NCBI GenBank assembly: GCA_964457085.1
Contig: CAYWDM010000001.1
Span: 111,690-175,689, forward strand
DNA: 64,000 nt
Reading direction: 5' to 3'
Origin: an uncultured Pseudomonadales bacterium
GTDB taxonomy: Bacteria; Patescibacteriota; Microgenomatia; UBA1400; PJMF01
Below, one piece after another: positions 48,930 to 56,997 of the stretch; within the stretch, counting starts at the first letter, position 1, and every line of letters begins with the position of its first letter. The notes beneath the pieces are model-generated. The model was not told where the DNA came from, ran no database searches, and was given only the letters and a program-made list of their open reading frames with translations. The position numbers and the translations under genes are program-made.

Positions 48930-50338
48930 GGTAGATCATCTCCATCGCTAATCACGATCGTATCCTTACCGGTAAACGGGTCGGATGCTGACTGCGAAGC
49001 GGAATCATCGAAATTGCTGGACAAATCACTTGGCCCTGTAGGCAGCACGTCGTCATCTGACACCAAAGTGTCTGAGACTATTGTTGCTGTAGTTGTGCCA
49101 ACTTGAGTGATTGTCCCTTCGATTTGCGTTTGGGTAGTGGGCAACTCATCCAGCTTGTCCACATCGTCACTGACGACAATCGTAGCCGCATCAACCGAAG
49201 CTGAACGACTCTTCTCATCACCGGTTTCGATTACGGGCAGCTCATCTTCTAAATCATGAGAGTCTGCCCCGTAAACCACTTGCTTAGGTGAATCCGAAAA
49301 TTCATCGTTTGCTGTTTCCTTAACCTGACCATCGACGACTCCGCTAGTTGCAGAGAGAAGACCGTCATTGGGAGGATAAGCATAGATGACATCAGAGTCG
49401 CCTTGTGGACCGTTGCCACCACTGCCACCACCGTCCACACCATCATCCGAAGAATTAGGCGTGAAAGGAAAAGGCACGAATGTTGCTGTGCTAGAAGCAT
49501 CAGCTCCAGTACCTTCGGCGGGCAGTTCGTCTTGAGCTGATTCTTGCTCGTCAGCGCTTTCACTTGGCATATAAACAATCGCCAAGATCGGCGGCAAAAA
49601 GTAAGTAACCAACCCCAGAATTAGCATTGTCACCAGATAAATCAGGTTAAACGCAACAAAGCTGCTCACGATCGCATTATCCGGACGGATGCTGCCAAGC
49701 AATTCTGTCACATTTTTGACCACTTCTGGTGCCAGTATCCAACCAGCAATACTCGCCGCAGCAACCCCAAGAGGCCGCCACGACCAAGTCATTATCGCGA
49801 CCGCAACACAGATGATGAGCACCACTGAGGTGACAATCTGCATCGCAGCATGAAATAACGGCCAGTTGAGAATGAACGACAACGCCCATATGAAACTGAG
49901 TGGGTTGGTGTCACCGACTGGAATCGGAAACGTCCAACCCAACTGAGTAGCAATCCAGCTGAGCGTGAGCGCCTCAGGCCAAGTAGCTCGGCCGAGTTGC
50001 TCAATGGCTGGTAAGATATAAGGGAGTATTCCTACCCCAAACATCAAACCAAACATTTTACGGACTTTACCCCAATTTTGTTTCTTCAAGCCAGAAATAA
50101 TGCCGAGTAAAGCAATCGGCACAAGGCACTGAAGAACAGAGAGCAACCCTTTGGCTGCAGATTGGGATAGATTGATGAACGCCATGCTTTTTAAGGGCAC
50201 CGCGTCATCAATTGCCCGATCGATTGCGCCACATCCCGAAAGAAATAGCATCGAAAGGGTTAGAATGATCGCGACCCTGAGTTTCATGGTCGCACTTCTA
50301 CTTGATACTGGAGACGAGGTTTGTGATGAGCAAACCAA
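48926..50338 (-). CDS. Polytopic membrane lipoprotein with a long acidic disordered C-terminal tail (VirB6/ConG-like candidate)
   Basis: Lipobox LSGC after a signal peptide. At least six TM helices. ~170 aa D/E/S/T-rich C-terminus. Likely start at the internal ATG near 50287 (MKLRVAIIL). Confidence 0.45.
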   Translation of the reverse strand: MVCSSQTSSPVSSRSATMKLRVAIILTLSMLFLSGCGAIDRAIDDAVPLKSMAFINLSQSAAKGLLSVLQCLVPIALLGIISGLKKQNWGKVRKMFGLMFGVGILPYILPAIEQLGRATWPEALTLSWIATQLGWTFPIPVGDTNPLSFIWALSFILNWPLFHAAMQIVTSVVLIICVAVAIMTWSWRPLGVAAASIAGWILAPEVVKNVTELLGSIRPDNAIVSSFVAFNLIYLVTMLILGLVTYFLPPILAIVYMPSESADEQESAQDELPAEGTGADASSTATFVPFPFTPNSSDDGVDGGGSGGNGPQGDSDVIYAYPPNDGLLSATSGVVDGQVKETANDEFSDSPKQVVYGADSHDLEDELPVIETGDEKSRSASVDAATIVVSDDVDKLDELPTTQTQIEGTITQVGTTTATIVSDTLVSDDDVLPTGPSDLSSNFDDSASQSASDPFTGKDTIVISDGDDLP

Positions 50339-50546
50339 TCCCCTGTGTCAGTGGACCGCTGGTGATGATATCCTTGGCTGCAAAAGCTGAAAGCGCCAGG
50401 ACAAACCACATCGCGACGACGACAGAAGTGTCGCCCCAAGAGGTCATCTTCTTGACCTTATTCACAGACTCGGGGAACACAGTGACCACACCAAACACTA
50501 TCATGGCGCTGATCAGAGCCGTACCGAAGTTGATTAAAGCTTGCAT
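50298..50546 (-). CDS. Small membrane protein (82 aa)
   Basis: AGGAG RBS 6 nt upstream of the ATG. Two TM helices. Preceded by conserved structured leader A. Confidence 0.45.
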   Translation of the reverse strand: MQALINFGTALISAMIVFGVVTVFPESVNKVKKMTSWGDTSVVVAMWFVLALSAFAAKDIITSGPLTQGIGLLITNLVSSIK

Positions 50547-50571
50547 GTTTACTCCTTATTTCTGAATGGTT

Positions 50572-50664
50572 GAATGGATTGACGATTGGAACAACGACGG
50601 GCGTCTTGCGACGCCGTGAGGATGCCCCATCTAGGGGCGGACAATTTGTGCGATATGCACCTCC
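50572..50664 (-). promoter_or_regulatory. Conserved structured 5' leader, copy A
   Basis: Minus-sense GGAGGUGCAUAUCGCAC..CCCCUAGAUGGGG..GGCGUCGCAAGACGCC (GNRA-like loop), then RBS and ATG. ~85% identical to copy B. Confidence 0.45.
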
Positions 50665-50950
50665 GTTAAGGATGGGATGTAGTGCAACGAACAGCTTTGC
50701 CCTTTTTTTGGGCTTGGGCCTAATAAACACTCATAAAAAAATAAGCGCTCATTGAGCCCAAGCCACGACAACCAACAGCTATATAAGAAGTTTAGTAAAT
50801 TCTCTTGTTGTGCTGTTAATGAGCAAGGCGACAAGTAACCTATTACAATAACAAGTTCTTATCGAAATACCCAGGCCAAATATGGCCAGATAACAACACA
50901 ATTATGCGGTTATCCAGCAATACTTTAAAAAGTAGGGGAATGAGTATTCA

Positions 50951-50984
50951 TTCAATTATGAGAGCGAAGTTTCCTTCGCCCTCA
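50951..50984 (-). terminator. Rho-independent terminator of the 153-aa gene
   Basis: 15-bp near-perfect stem ATTATGAGAGCGAAG / CTTCGCCCTCATAAT with a T-rich tail on the minus strand. Confidence 0.5.
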
Positions 50985-51006
50985 TAATTTCTGAATGATT
51001 GGTGGC

Positions 51007-51468
51007 TTATGTCGTGGTGTCTACGGACAGAGTCGACGGAGCGACGGGATAGGCAAACATCGGCGCCATCTCCGCATCACTCATGCCGCATGCTTTTGCC
51101 ATAATGCGTGCAGAATTAGCAGACGCTTTATTGATTTGGCTTCGAGTGTTAATGCGGAGAACTTCCACATCGCCAATCATGCCAACCAAAAAACCATCCT
51201 TTAACTCTACACGGACAAAACACATGCCCTTTGGGGCAAGCAGGCGAGTGTACAACTTACGTGCGAAAATCTCGCGCGAAACAGCTGTGCTCAACTTCAA
51301 GCTCATCTTGGGCGACTCGTAATCCCAGATGACTTCCCCACCGGGGTCGTCAGTGCTGAAACCACAAACAAACAACAACTGCGCTTCATTAGTGCAGATG
51401 ATCGCAAAACCGTCTTCTGGCATGCGAATCGAACGTGACCCTTTCGAGGCCGGGGCTTGTTTAGCCAT
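51007..51468 (-). CDS. Hypothetical protein (153 aa)
   Basis: GAAGGAG RBS then ATG at 51468 (MAKQAPASKG). Preceded by leader copy B. Confidence 0.5.
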   Translation of the reverse strand: MAKQAPASKGSRSIRMPEDGFAIICTNEAQLLFVCGFSTDDPGGEVIWDYESPKMSLKLSTAVSREIFARKLYTRLLAPKGMCFVRVELKDGFLVGMIGDVEVLRINTRSQINKASANSARIMAKACGMSDAEMAPMFAYPVAPSTLSVDTTT

Positions 51469-51493
51469 GACTGATACTCCTTCTAACTTGAAT

Positions 51494-51584
51494 GAATGGA
51501 TTGACAACGAGCAACGACGGGCGCCTTATGACGCCGTGAGGGTACCCCATCTAGGGGCGGACAATTTGTGCGATATGCACCTCC
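51494..51584 (-). promoter_or_regulatory. Conserved structured 5' leader, copy B
   Basis: Same three-hairpin arrangement as copy A, with a compensatory U-A to U-G change in the third stem. Confidence 0.45.
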
Positions 51585-52082
51585 AAAAAAAACAGAATGT
51601 AATACGGGCATGCTCTTTTTTTGAGCTGGGGCCAAAGCTACTAACAGGTATGACTATTAACAGCTTTGACCTCAGCTCTTATACTCATTCCCCTGTTAAG
51701 GTGCGAAACGACAAAAAAATTGCAACGCAAATGCTGCAAATATTTATATCGTTTTGCTATCAAATCTAAACAAAAAGTATCCTATATATATCAGTAGAAA
51801 AACATTACAGGACGTGTTATACATCTTCAATATGTAAAAGTCAATATACTTTGATAGAGTTCAACTCGATAAAAAATACAAAAAAACCTTCTCCCTCTTG
51901 CGAGAGAGCAGGCGATGCCACAAATGGAACGATATTTTGGCAGTCTGTTGAGCGGCATTCTGACAAACGCATTCACTTCAGTTCATCTCGAATTCTCGAT
52001 CAACCTTGTCAACAAATAACAAACAACTATGAGTTTTTACTCCAGACACAATTGCATTAGAAAAACTAATCCATACCTGAAT

Positions 52083-52445
52083 TTAATACATTTTTCCACC
52101 AACCACAGCAAAAACCTTATCAGGCCTAATCAATACACAGTCACCCTCGCCATCTGGGACTCCAAGCGTCAAACACTCAGAAATAAAAGGACCAATCTGA
52201 CGTGGTGGAAAATTTACCACTCCTAGAACTAGGGTATTCAATAATTGATCTGGCGTATAGTGTTTTACCAATTGAGCACTAGATTTCTTGGTTCCAATTT
52301 CAGCACCAAAATCTATTAACAGTTTGTATGCTGGCTTCCGAGCTTCAGGAAATTCTTTAACCTCTACAATCTTTCCAACTCGAACGTCAATTTTTTGGAA
52401 ATCTGAATATTCAATTTGCGAGAATGGTAGGGTAGAAACAGACAT
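52083..52445 (-). CDS. csaA: tRNA-binding protein CsaA/Trbp111 (EMAP-fold)
   Basis: KIDVRVGKIVEVKEFPEARKPAYKLLIDFG, the tRNA-binding OB fold. Confidence 0.8.
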   Translation of the reverse strand: MSVSTLPFSQIEYSDFQKIDVRVGKIVEVKEFPEARKPAYKLLIDFGAEIGTKKSSAQLVKHYTPDQLLNTLVLGVVNFPPRQIGPFISECLTLGVPDGEGDCVLIRPDKVFAVVGGKMY

Positions 52446-52607
52446 AACTATTCCTTAATTAACAAAAATAAAATCTATCTACTCATATCTTACCAGATTA
52501 AAAAAACTAACTACAAGTCTGGTGAAAAGTAGTGAATAGATTAATATAGTATTGTTAAAGCCGTAGTTATTCTAACAAACGAGCACTATGTATCGATGTA
52601 TACTAAT

Positions 52608-52776
52608 ACTACCTTCGGGGTAGGTTGATCTTGCGTAACCGCGAGAAAATACCAATCGGTGGTACACTCCACGAGTCTTGCTTGCGAGACATGATCTGGT
52701 GAAACTCCAGAAGCGACCGTATAGTCGGGTATAAAGAAGGTACTCAAAAAACCACGCTATTTTGCGTGGTGTTTTG
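52608..52776 (+). promoter_or_regulatory. FMN riboswitch (RFN element) with intrinsic terminator
   Basis: P1 UACCUUC/GAAGGUA. 5' UUCGGGGUAGGUUGA..ACCG..CGGUGGUA and 3' UGGUGAAACUCCAGAAGCGACCGUAUAGUCGGGUAUAAAGAAGG, closely matching RFN UGGUGAAAUUCCAAAGCCGACAGUGAAAGUCUGGAUGGGAGAAGG. Terminator CCACGC/GCGTGG + UUUU at 52752-52776. CCCCGAAG at 52782-89 is complementary to the P1 5' strand, and GGGGCAU pairs across the SD. Confidence 0.75.
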
Positions 52777-52812
52777 AGATGCCCCGAAGTTATATAAATT
52801 ACTGTAGGGGCA

Positions 52813-53379
52813 TTGATGAAATTTTTAAATAGTTTCTCTAATCGGGATATCGCACTTTCCGCTGCATTAGCAGCTGTTTCAGCTGTTCTCCAATTCGTTC
52901 ATATTGGCTACCAGTCGCCACAGTGGGGAATGTGGATTGACGTGGTTGCAGTTTCCTGGGTGATTGCGTATTTCTTATTGGGAACTCGAGCTTCGCTACT
53001 GGTCACACTCACCGGCTCACTCATCATCACACTTTTTGCACCCGACACCTGGCTTGGTGCCTCGATGAAATTAGTGGCAACACTCCCGATACTTTTCTCA
53101 TTATTTATCTGGAAAAAAATCAAAAATACTGGCTACTCGAACCCTAGAAATCTCGCAGTCCCTGTCATAGCAGGCATGATTATTCGCTGCGCAGTAGTAC
53201 TTCCTGCAAATTACTACTACGCAATTCCCATCTGGACTGGACTAACCCCAGCTCAAGCTATAGCAGCCATCCCCTGGATGGCCATCGCCGGATTTAATAT
53301 TGTCCAAAGTATTTTAGATGTCGCACTTGCTTGGATAGTGGTCTATCGATTCAAGGTAATTAGATTTAAACAAGGCTAA
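52813..53379 (+). CDS. ribU: ECF-transporter S component, riboflavin-type (RibU-like)
   Basis: 188 aa, 5-6 TM helices, directly downstream of the FMN riboswitch, followed by ecfA and ecfT. Confidence 0.6.
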   Translation: MMKFLNSFSNRDIALSAALAAVSAVLQFVHIGYQSPQWGMWIDVVAVSWVIAYFLLGTRASLLVTLTGSLIITLFAPDTWLGASMKLVATLPILFSLFIWKKIKNTGYSNPRNLAVPVIAGMIIRCAVVLPANYYYAIPIWTGLTPAQAIAAIPWMAIAGFNIVQSILDVALAWIVVYRFKVIRFKQG

Positions 53380-53386
53380 GTTAGCT

Positions 53387-54133
53387 ATGAAAAGTGGCAT
53401 TCAACTGCGATCAGTCACGTTTCAATATCCTGAAAAGCCACCAGTGCTTCGAGATATCTCGCTGTTTATTGAAAAAGGTGATTTTGTGGGGATCACCGGG
53501 GTAAATGGCTCGGGAAAAAGCACCCTCACCTACCTATTGAACAGCATTATTCCTCATGCAATTCCAGGCCAGCTAACAGGCGAAATCACTATTAATGGTA
53601 TAAACACTCGAGAAAAATCAATCGCTTACTTCGCCAGCCAAGTTGGGATGGTATTTCAAAATCCTGATTTTTCTCTATTTAATCTCACAGTGGCTGACGA
53701 GATTGCCTTTGGCCGTCAAACTGCAAAAAGCTCAATTGATGCTTCAGAAATTACTAAACTACTCAAGCGAGTGGGTTTGGATGGTTTTGAGTCTCGAGAC
53801 CCGCAAACATTGTCATTTGGCGAAAAACAAAAAGTGAGTATCGCCAGCGTGTTAGCACTCGACGTGTCATACATAGTCTTAGATGAACCAACGGCAATGC
53901 TCGACTATGCAAGTTCGATTAGTCTCTATCAACTCTTGCAGGAACTTAATCGAGAAGGCAAAACCATCATTACCATTGAGCATGATACTGATTTTCTCTG
54001 GGCTTACACCAAGAGAACCGCAATTATTGATCGGGGTACTATCAAAGCATATGGCAAGACTAACGTCGTACTCTCAAACATAAAGCAACTCAAGCAACTA
54101 GGTATCAAGCGACCACATTCACGCATCATATGA
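53387..54133 (+). CDS. ecfA: ECF transporter ATPase (EcfA/CbiO family)
   Basis: ITGVNGSGKSTL Walker A, LSFGEKQKVSIA signature and ILDEPT Walker B motifs. Confidence 0.8.
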   Translation: MKSGIQLRSVTFQYPEKPPVLRDISLFIEKGDFVGITGVNGSGKSTLTYLLNSIIPHAIPGQLTGEITINGINTREKSIAYFASQVGMVFQNPDFSLFNLTVADEIAFGRQTAKSSIDASEITKLLKRVGLDGFESRDPQTLSFGEKQKVSIASVLALDVSYIVLDEPTAMLDYASSISLYQLLQELNREGKTIITIEHDTDFLWAYTKRTAIIDRGTIKAYGKTNVVLSNIKQLKQLGIKRPHSRII

Positions 54134-54711
54134 CACAACTCTGGTTAACTCGTCTCAAATTGTTGCTATTACTAGCCACTACCTCCACACTGATCTTAAT
54201 TAGAAATCCCAACATCAGCCTGACGATATCAGTGCTTATAACAGTAATCGTCATCTCGACTATTAAACGGCAAAATATTGCAAATAGAATTAAGCCGTTA
54301 TTGGCTATTTGCTGTCTGGCGATCGTTTCTCAACTACTGGGAAATCACTTGGCGTCTTTAACAGACAGATTACTGCTTGGTATTGCCCATGCAACAAAAC
54401 TTTTAGCACTTAGTTTATTGGTTTTCCAATTTACTCAGACCACCTCCGCCAACAGCCTGGTGCGAGTTTTTTCTTTTCTGCCTCCTAAAATTGTACTGCT
54501 ACTAACAATCAGTTTTTCCCTAGTTCCTGTGATGATACGAGAAATTGATGCCATTCAAATTGCTCAAAAATCAAAAGGGCTCCAGTTCCAAGGGCTCCAG
54601 GCTTGGCGCAGTTTTATACCAGTAATTGTGCCACTACTCAACAGAACCTTAACTCGAGCTCAGCAGATCGCCATTGTGCTTGAAATTAGAGGATTTGAGA
54701 ATAAAAAATGA
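54130..54711 (+). CDS. ecfT: ECF transporter transmembrane T component (EcfT/CbiQ family)
   Basis: Polytopic 193 aa protein overlapping the ecfA stop, with the characteristic Arg-containing coupling region near the C-terminus. Confidence 0.65.
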   Translation: MTQLWLTRLKLLLLLATTSTLILIRNPNISLTISVLITVIVISTIKRQNIANRIKPLLAICCLAIVSQLLGNHLASLTDRLLLGIAHATKLLALSLLVFQFTQTTSANSLVRVFSFLPPKIVLLLTISFSLVPVMIREIDAIQIAQKSKGLQFQGLQAWRSFIPVIVPLLNRTLTRAQQIAIVLEIRGFENKK

Positions 54712-55240
54712 GCGGGTATTGGGCAGGTGTTTCATTACTCAAGCACGAGTAGTTAATCATCCTCACTTGCCGGCAGGAGTCATCCCATGCCTCGCATACT
54801 CGGCAGCTTGCCACCCATTTTGCCACTTCATAAAAATACTGGCTCTGCGAGCCACTATTTTTATGAGCGGGTAAAGGGAGTCGGACCCTCTTCTCATCCT
54901 TGGGAAGGATGCATTCTACCGGTGAACCATACCCGCACCATGAGACCAGTGCTGATTATAACCAACTTCATCATTTTTGCACCAAACGAATCTGTTCACC
55001 TGATCTAGCAGGAACGTTTTCACCATTTTTCATCTTGAGATAATATTGAAATTAGCTAAAGATTATCTTTGAGGTCATCAGGGAGTCTCCCACGGGACTA
55101 GGCAGGAGTTTGCTAATTTAGAACACCAGCAATTACACTTGTTCTCTTGCTGGCGGAACCCTTATTCATTTCATTCATCGGGTTGATCCGGTCCAAGCTC
55201 ATCATAAACAAAAAAATCCCTTGCGGGATATTTTTGTTTA

Positions 55241-55316
55241 TGGCGACCTCAACGGGAGTCGAACCCGTGATCTTCTCCGTGACAGGGAGACATGTTAACC
55301 ACTACACCATGAGGCC
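55241..55316 (-). tRNA. tRNA-Asp (anticodon GUC), CCA encoded
   Basis: Folded by hand: acceptor GGCCTCA/TGAGGTC, anticodon arm TCTCC/GGAGA with loop CTGTCAC, T-arm ACGGG/CCCGT with loop TTCGACT, discriminator G then CCA. The overlapping plus-strand ORF 55147-55437 is spurious. Confidence 0.9.
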
Positions 55317-55472
55317 AATGGAGTGCATTATAAGAAAAATAAGCGGTTTTGCCAAGCGGCTTAATATAGCTGTAAGATATCTCTCAACGGTTGTTGTTGA
55401 AAAACAGTGCCATGTATACTATAGGTACTATAATTAGCTAGTAATTATTTTAGGAGGCTCTCGCCAAATTCT

Positions 55473-56054
55473 ATGTTAATCCCACTCATCATCGTTGCAG
55501 CATTAGTTTTTTACTTGATCTCAGTTTTCAATTCACTTCAGACACTCAAAACCCAGATCACAGCTAGTATTCAAGAAATTGGCAATCAATTGAAGCGTCA
55601 AGCATCTTTGATTCCAAATCTAGAAACTGCCACCAAGGGTTATTTAAAGCATGAAAAAGGTGTCTATGAGATGCTGACCAAAGCTCGCATGAGTGCACAA
55701 AAAGCAAGTGAGAGTGGTGAGTCGGCAGACATTTCTAAAGCAATCGATAGTTTACAGTCAGTAATTCCACAAATTATCGTCACAGTAGAGAGCAATCCTG
55801 AACTTAAAGCAGATCAAACAATCGGTAAGTTCATGTCAGAACTCACTGACACCGCAGACAAACTTACCTACGCTAGAAGAAGTGTGATTGATTTGTCACA
55901 GGCATTTAATCAAATGCTCGTGGTATTTCCCTCTAACTTAGTTGCCAACGTCTTTGGCTTCAAGCCAGAAAAGGGCTTGGAAACACCAATGAGTGGTGAC
56001 CATGTCTCAGTCAGTGCTTCAGAGACGAAAGACGTCAAAGTTACTCTTGACTAG
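55473..56054 (+). CDS. lemA: LemA-family membrane protein
   Basis: N-terminal TM helix then the conserved LemA region (NSLQTLKTQI...LETATKGYLKHEKGV...). AGGAGG RBS upstream. Confidence 0.75.
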   Translation: MLIPLIIVAALVFYLISVFNSLQTLKTQITASIQEIGNQLKRQASLIPNLETATKGYLKHEKGVYEMLTKARMSAQKASESGESADISKAIDSLQSVIPQIIVTVESNPELKADQTIGKFMSELTDTADKLTYARRSVIDLSQAFNQMLVVFPSNLVANVFGFKPEKGLETPMSGDHVSVSASETKDVKVTLD

Positions 56055-56087
56055 AGAAAGCAAATTTTCGCGACAGGAAACCGTGCT

Positions 56088-56996
56088 ATGACGCACTATA
56101 ACTTGATAGCTAAAAATCAGCAGCAATCATGGATTGTGTTGATTTTGTTTATGGGGTTTATCTCCCTGTCCGCATATTTGATTACAGTTGGTCTTGGGTA
56201 TGGTCCTGACACCATCGCGATTGCCCTGATACTTGCAGGTATTTCAAGCTTTGCCGGTTATTATTTCTCTGACAAAATTGTGCTCAGCATCTCTGGAGCT
56301 CGACCAGCTACCAGGACAGAGTTTTTCGATTTTTACACCATCACCGAAAATATCTGCATGGCTCAGCGAATGCCAATGCCGGCACTCTATGTAATTGAAG
56401 ATAGTGCCATGAACGCATTTGCCACTGGTCGTGATCCAGAGCACAGTGCGGTTTGTGCTACTACTGGGATACTGAGTCGCCTGAGTCGTGGCGAATTAGA
56501 AGGTGTGATTGCCCATGAACTTAGTCATGTCCGTAATTACGATATTAGATTGATGTCGGTAGTTAGTGTTTTGGTTGGCATGTTAGCACTACTTTCAGAC
56601 TGGTTACTGCGAATGAGTAGCTGGGGTGGAGGACGACGTCGTTCTGATCGTGAAGACAATCAAGTGCAGTTAATCGTTTTCTTTGCTGGACTAGTCTTAG
56701 CTTTTTTGTCACCAATAATCGCCAAACTAATTCAACTAGCAATCTCACGTAATCGAGAATTTTTAGCAGATGCATCTGGGGCAGGTATGACCAAAAATCC
56801 AGAAGGGTTGGCGAGGGCACTAGAAAAGATTTCGCAGGATCAAGAACCACTGGAGGCTGCAAATAAAGCCACAGCACATTTGTATATTTCAAATCCACTT
56901 AAAAACACTCATGGTGGAGTCAGCTGGTTCGCAAAACTATTTAATACTCATCCGCCTGTCGAAGAGCGAATTAAACAGCTGAGAGCACTTACGTAA
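56088..56996 (+). CDS. htpX: Zinc metalloprotease HtpX (M48 family)
   Basis: HELSHVRNYD HEXXH motif and four TM segments. Confidence 0.85.
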   Translation: MTHYNLIAKNQQQSWIVLILFMGFISLSAYLITVGLGYGPDTIAIALILAGISSFAGYYFSDKIVLSISGARPATRTEFFDFYTITENICMAQRMPMPALYVIEDSAMNAFATGRDPEHSAVCATTGILSRLSRGELEGVIAHELSHVRNYDIRLMSVVSVLVGMLALLSDWLLRMSSWGGGRRRSDREDNQVQLIVFFAGLVLAFLSPIIAKLIQLAISRNREFLADASGAGMTKNPEGLARALEKISQDQEPLEAANKATAHLYISNPLKNTHGGVSWFAKLFNTHPPVEERIKQLRALT

Positions 56997-56997
56997 C

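Larger units (their letters stand above)
41450..51600. mobile_element. Compositionally distinct accessory island (possible T4SS-like / mobile module), boundaries approximate
   Basis: GC about 47-55% against about 30-45% in the flanks. All genes on one strand. Adjacent to tRNA-Thr. T4SS-like gene set. No integrase or relaxase seen. Confidence 0.3.

Noticed and set aside
41450-51600. Calling the island an integrative conjugative element or prophage
   Set aside because: No integrase, recombinase, relaxase, coupling protein, capsid or terminase gene. No duplicated tRNA 3' end. The island is on the 5' side of the tRNA. Only the T4SS-like core is supported.
55070-55090. Third hammerhead candidate at minus-strand CCCUGAUGACCUC
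   Set aside because: CUGAUGA is followed by C, so there is no G10.1. There is no properly placed GAAA or stem III. A chance heptamer.
54712-55240. RNase P RNA, tmRNA, SRP RNA or 6S RNA in the long ORF-free region
   Set aside because: Only weak resemblances were seen (GGGUCCGACUCC versus CR-I GUCCGGGCUCC; GGUGAAC versus CR-II). No P4 partner, no tRNA-like end, and no GGAAGCAGC SRP motif. The position would also force overlap with ecfT.
55147-55437. Plus-strand 96-aa ORF (..STGVEPVIFSVTGRHVNHYTMRP..)
   Set aside because: It is the antisense translation of tRNA-Asp (GGTTCGA.TCC read backwards gives GVEP/GIEP); spurious.
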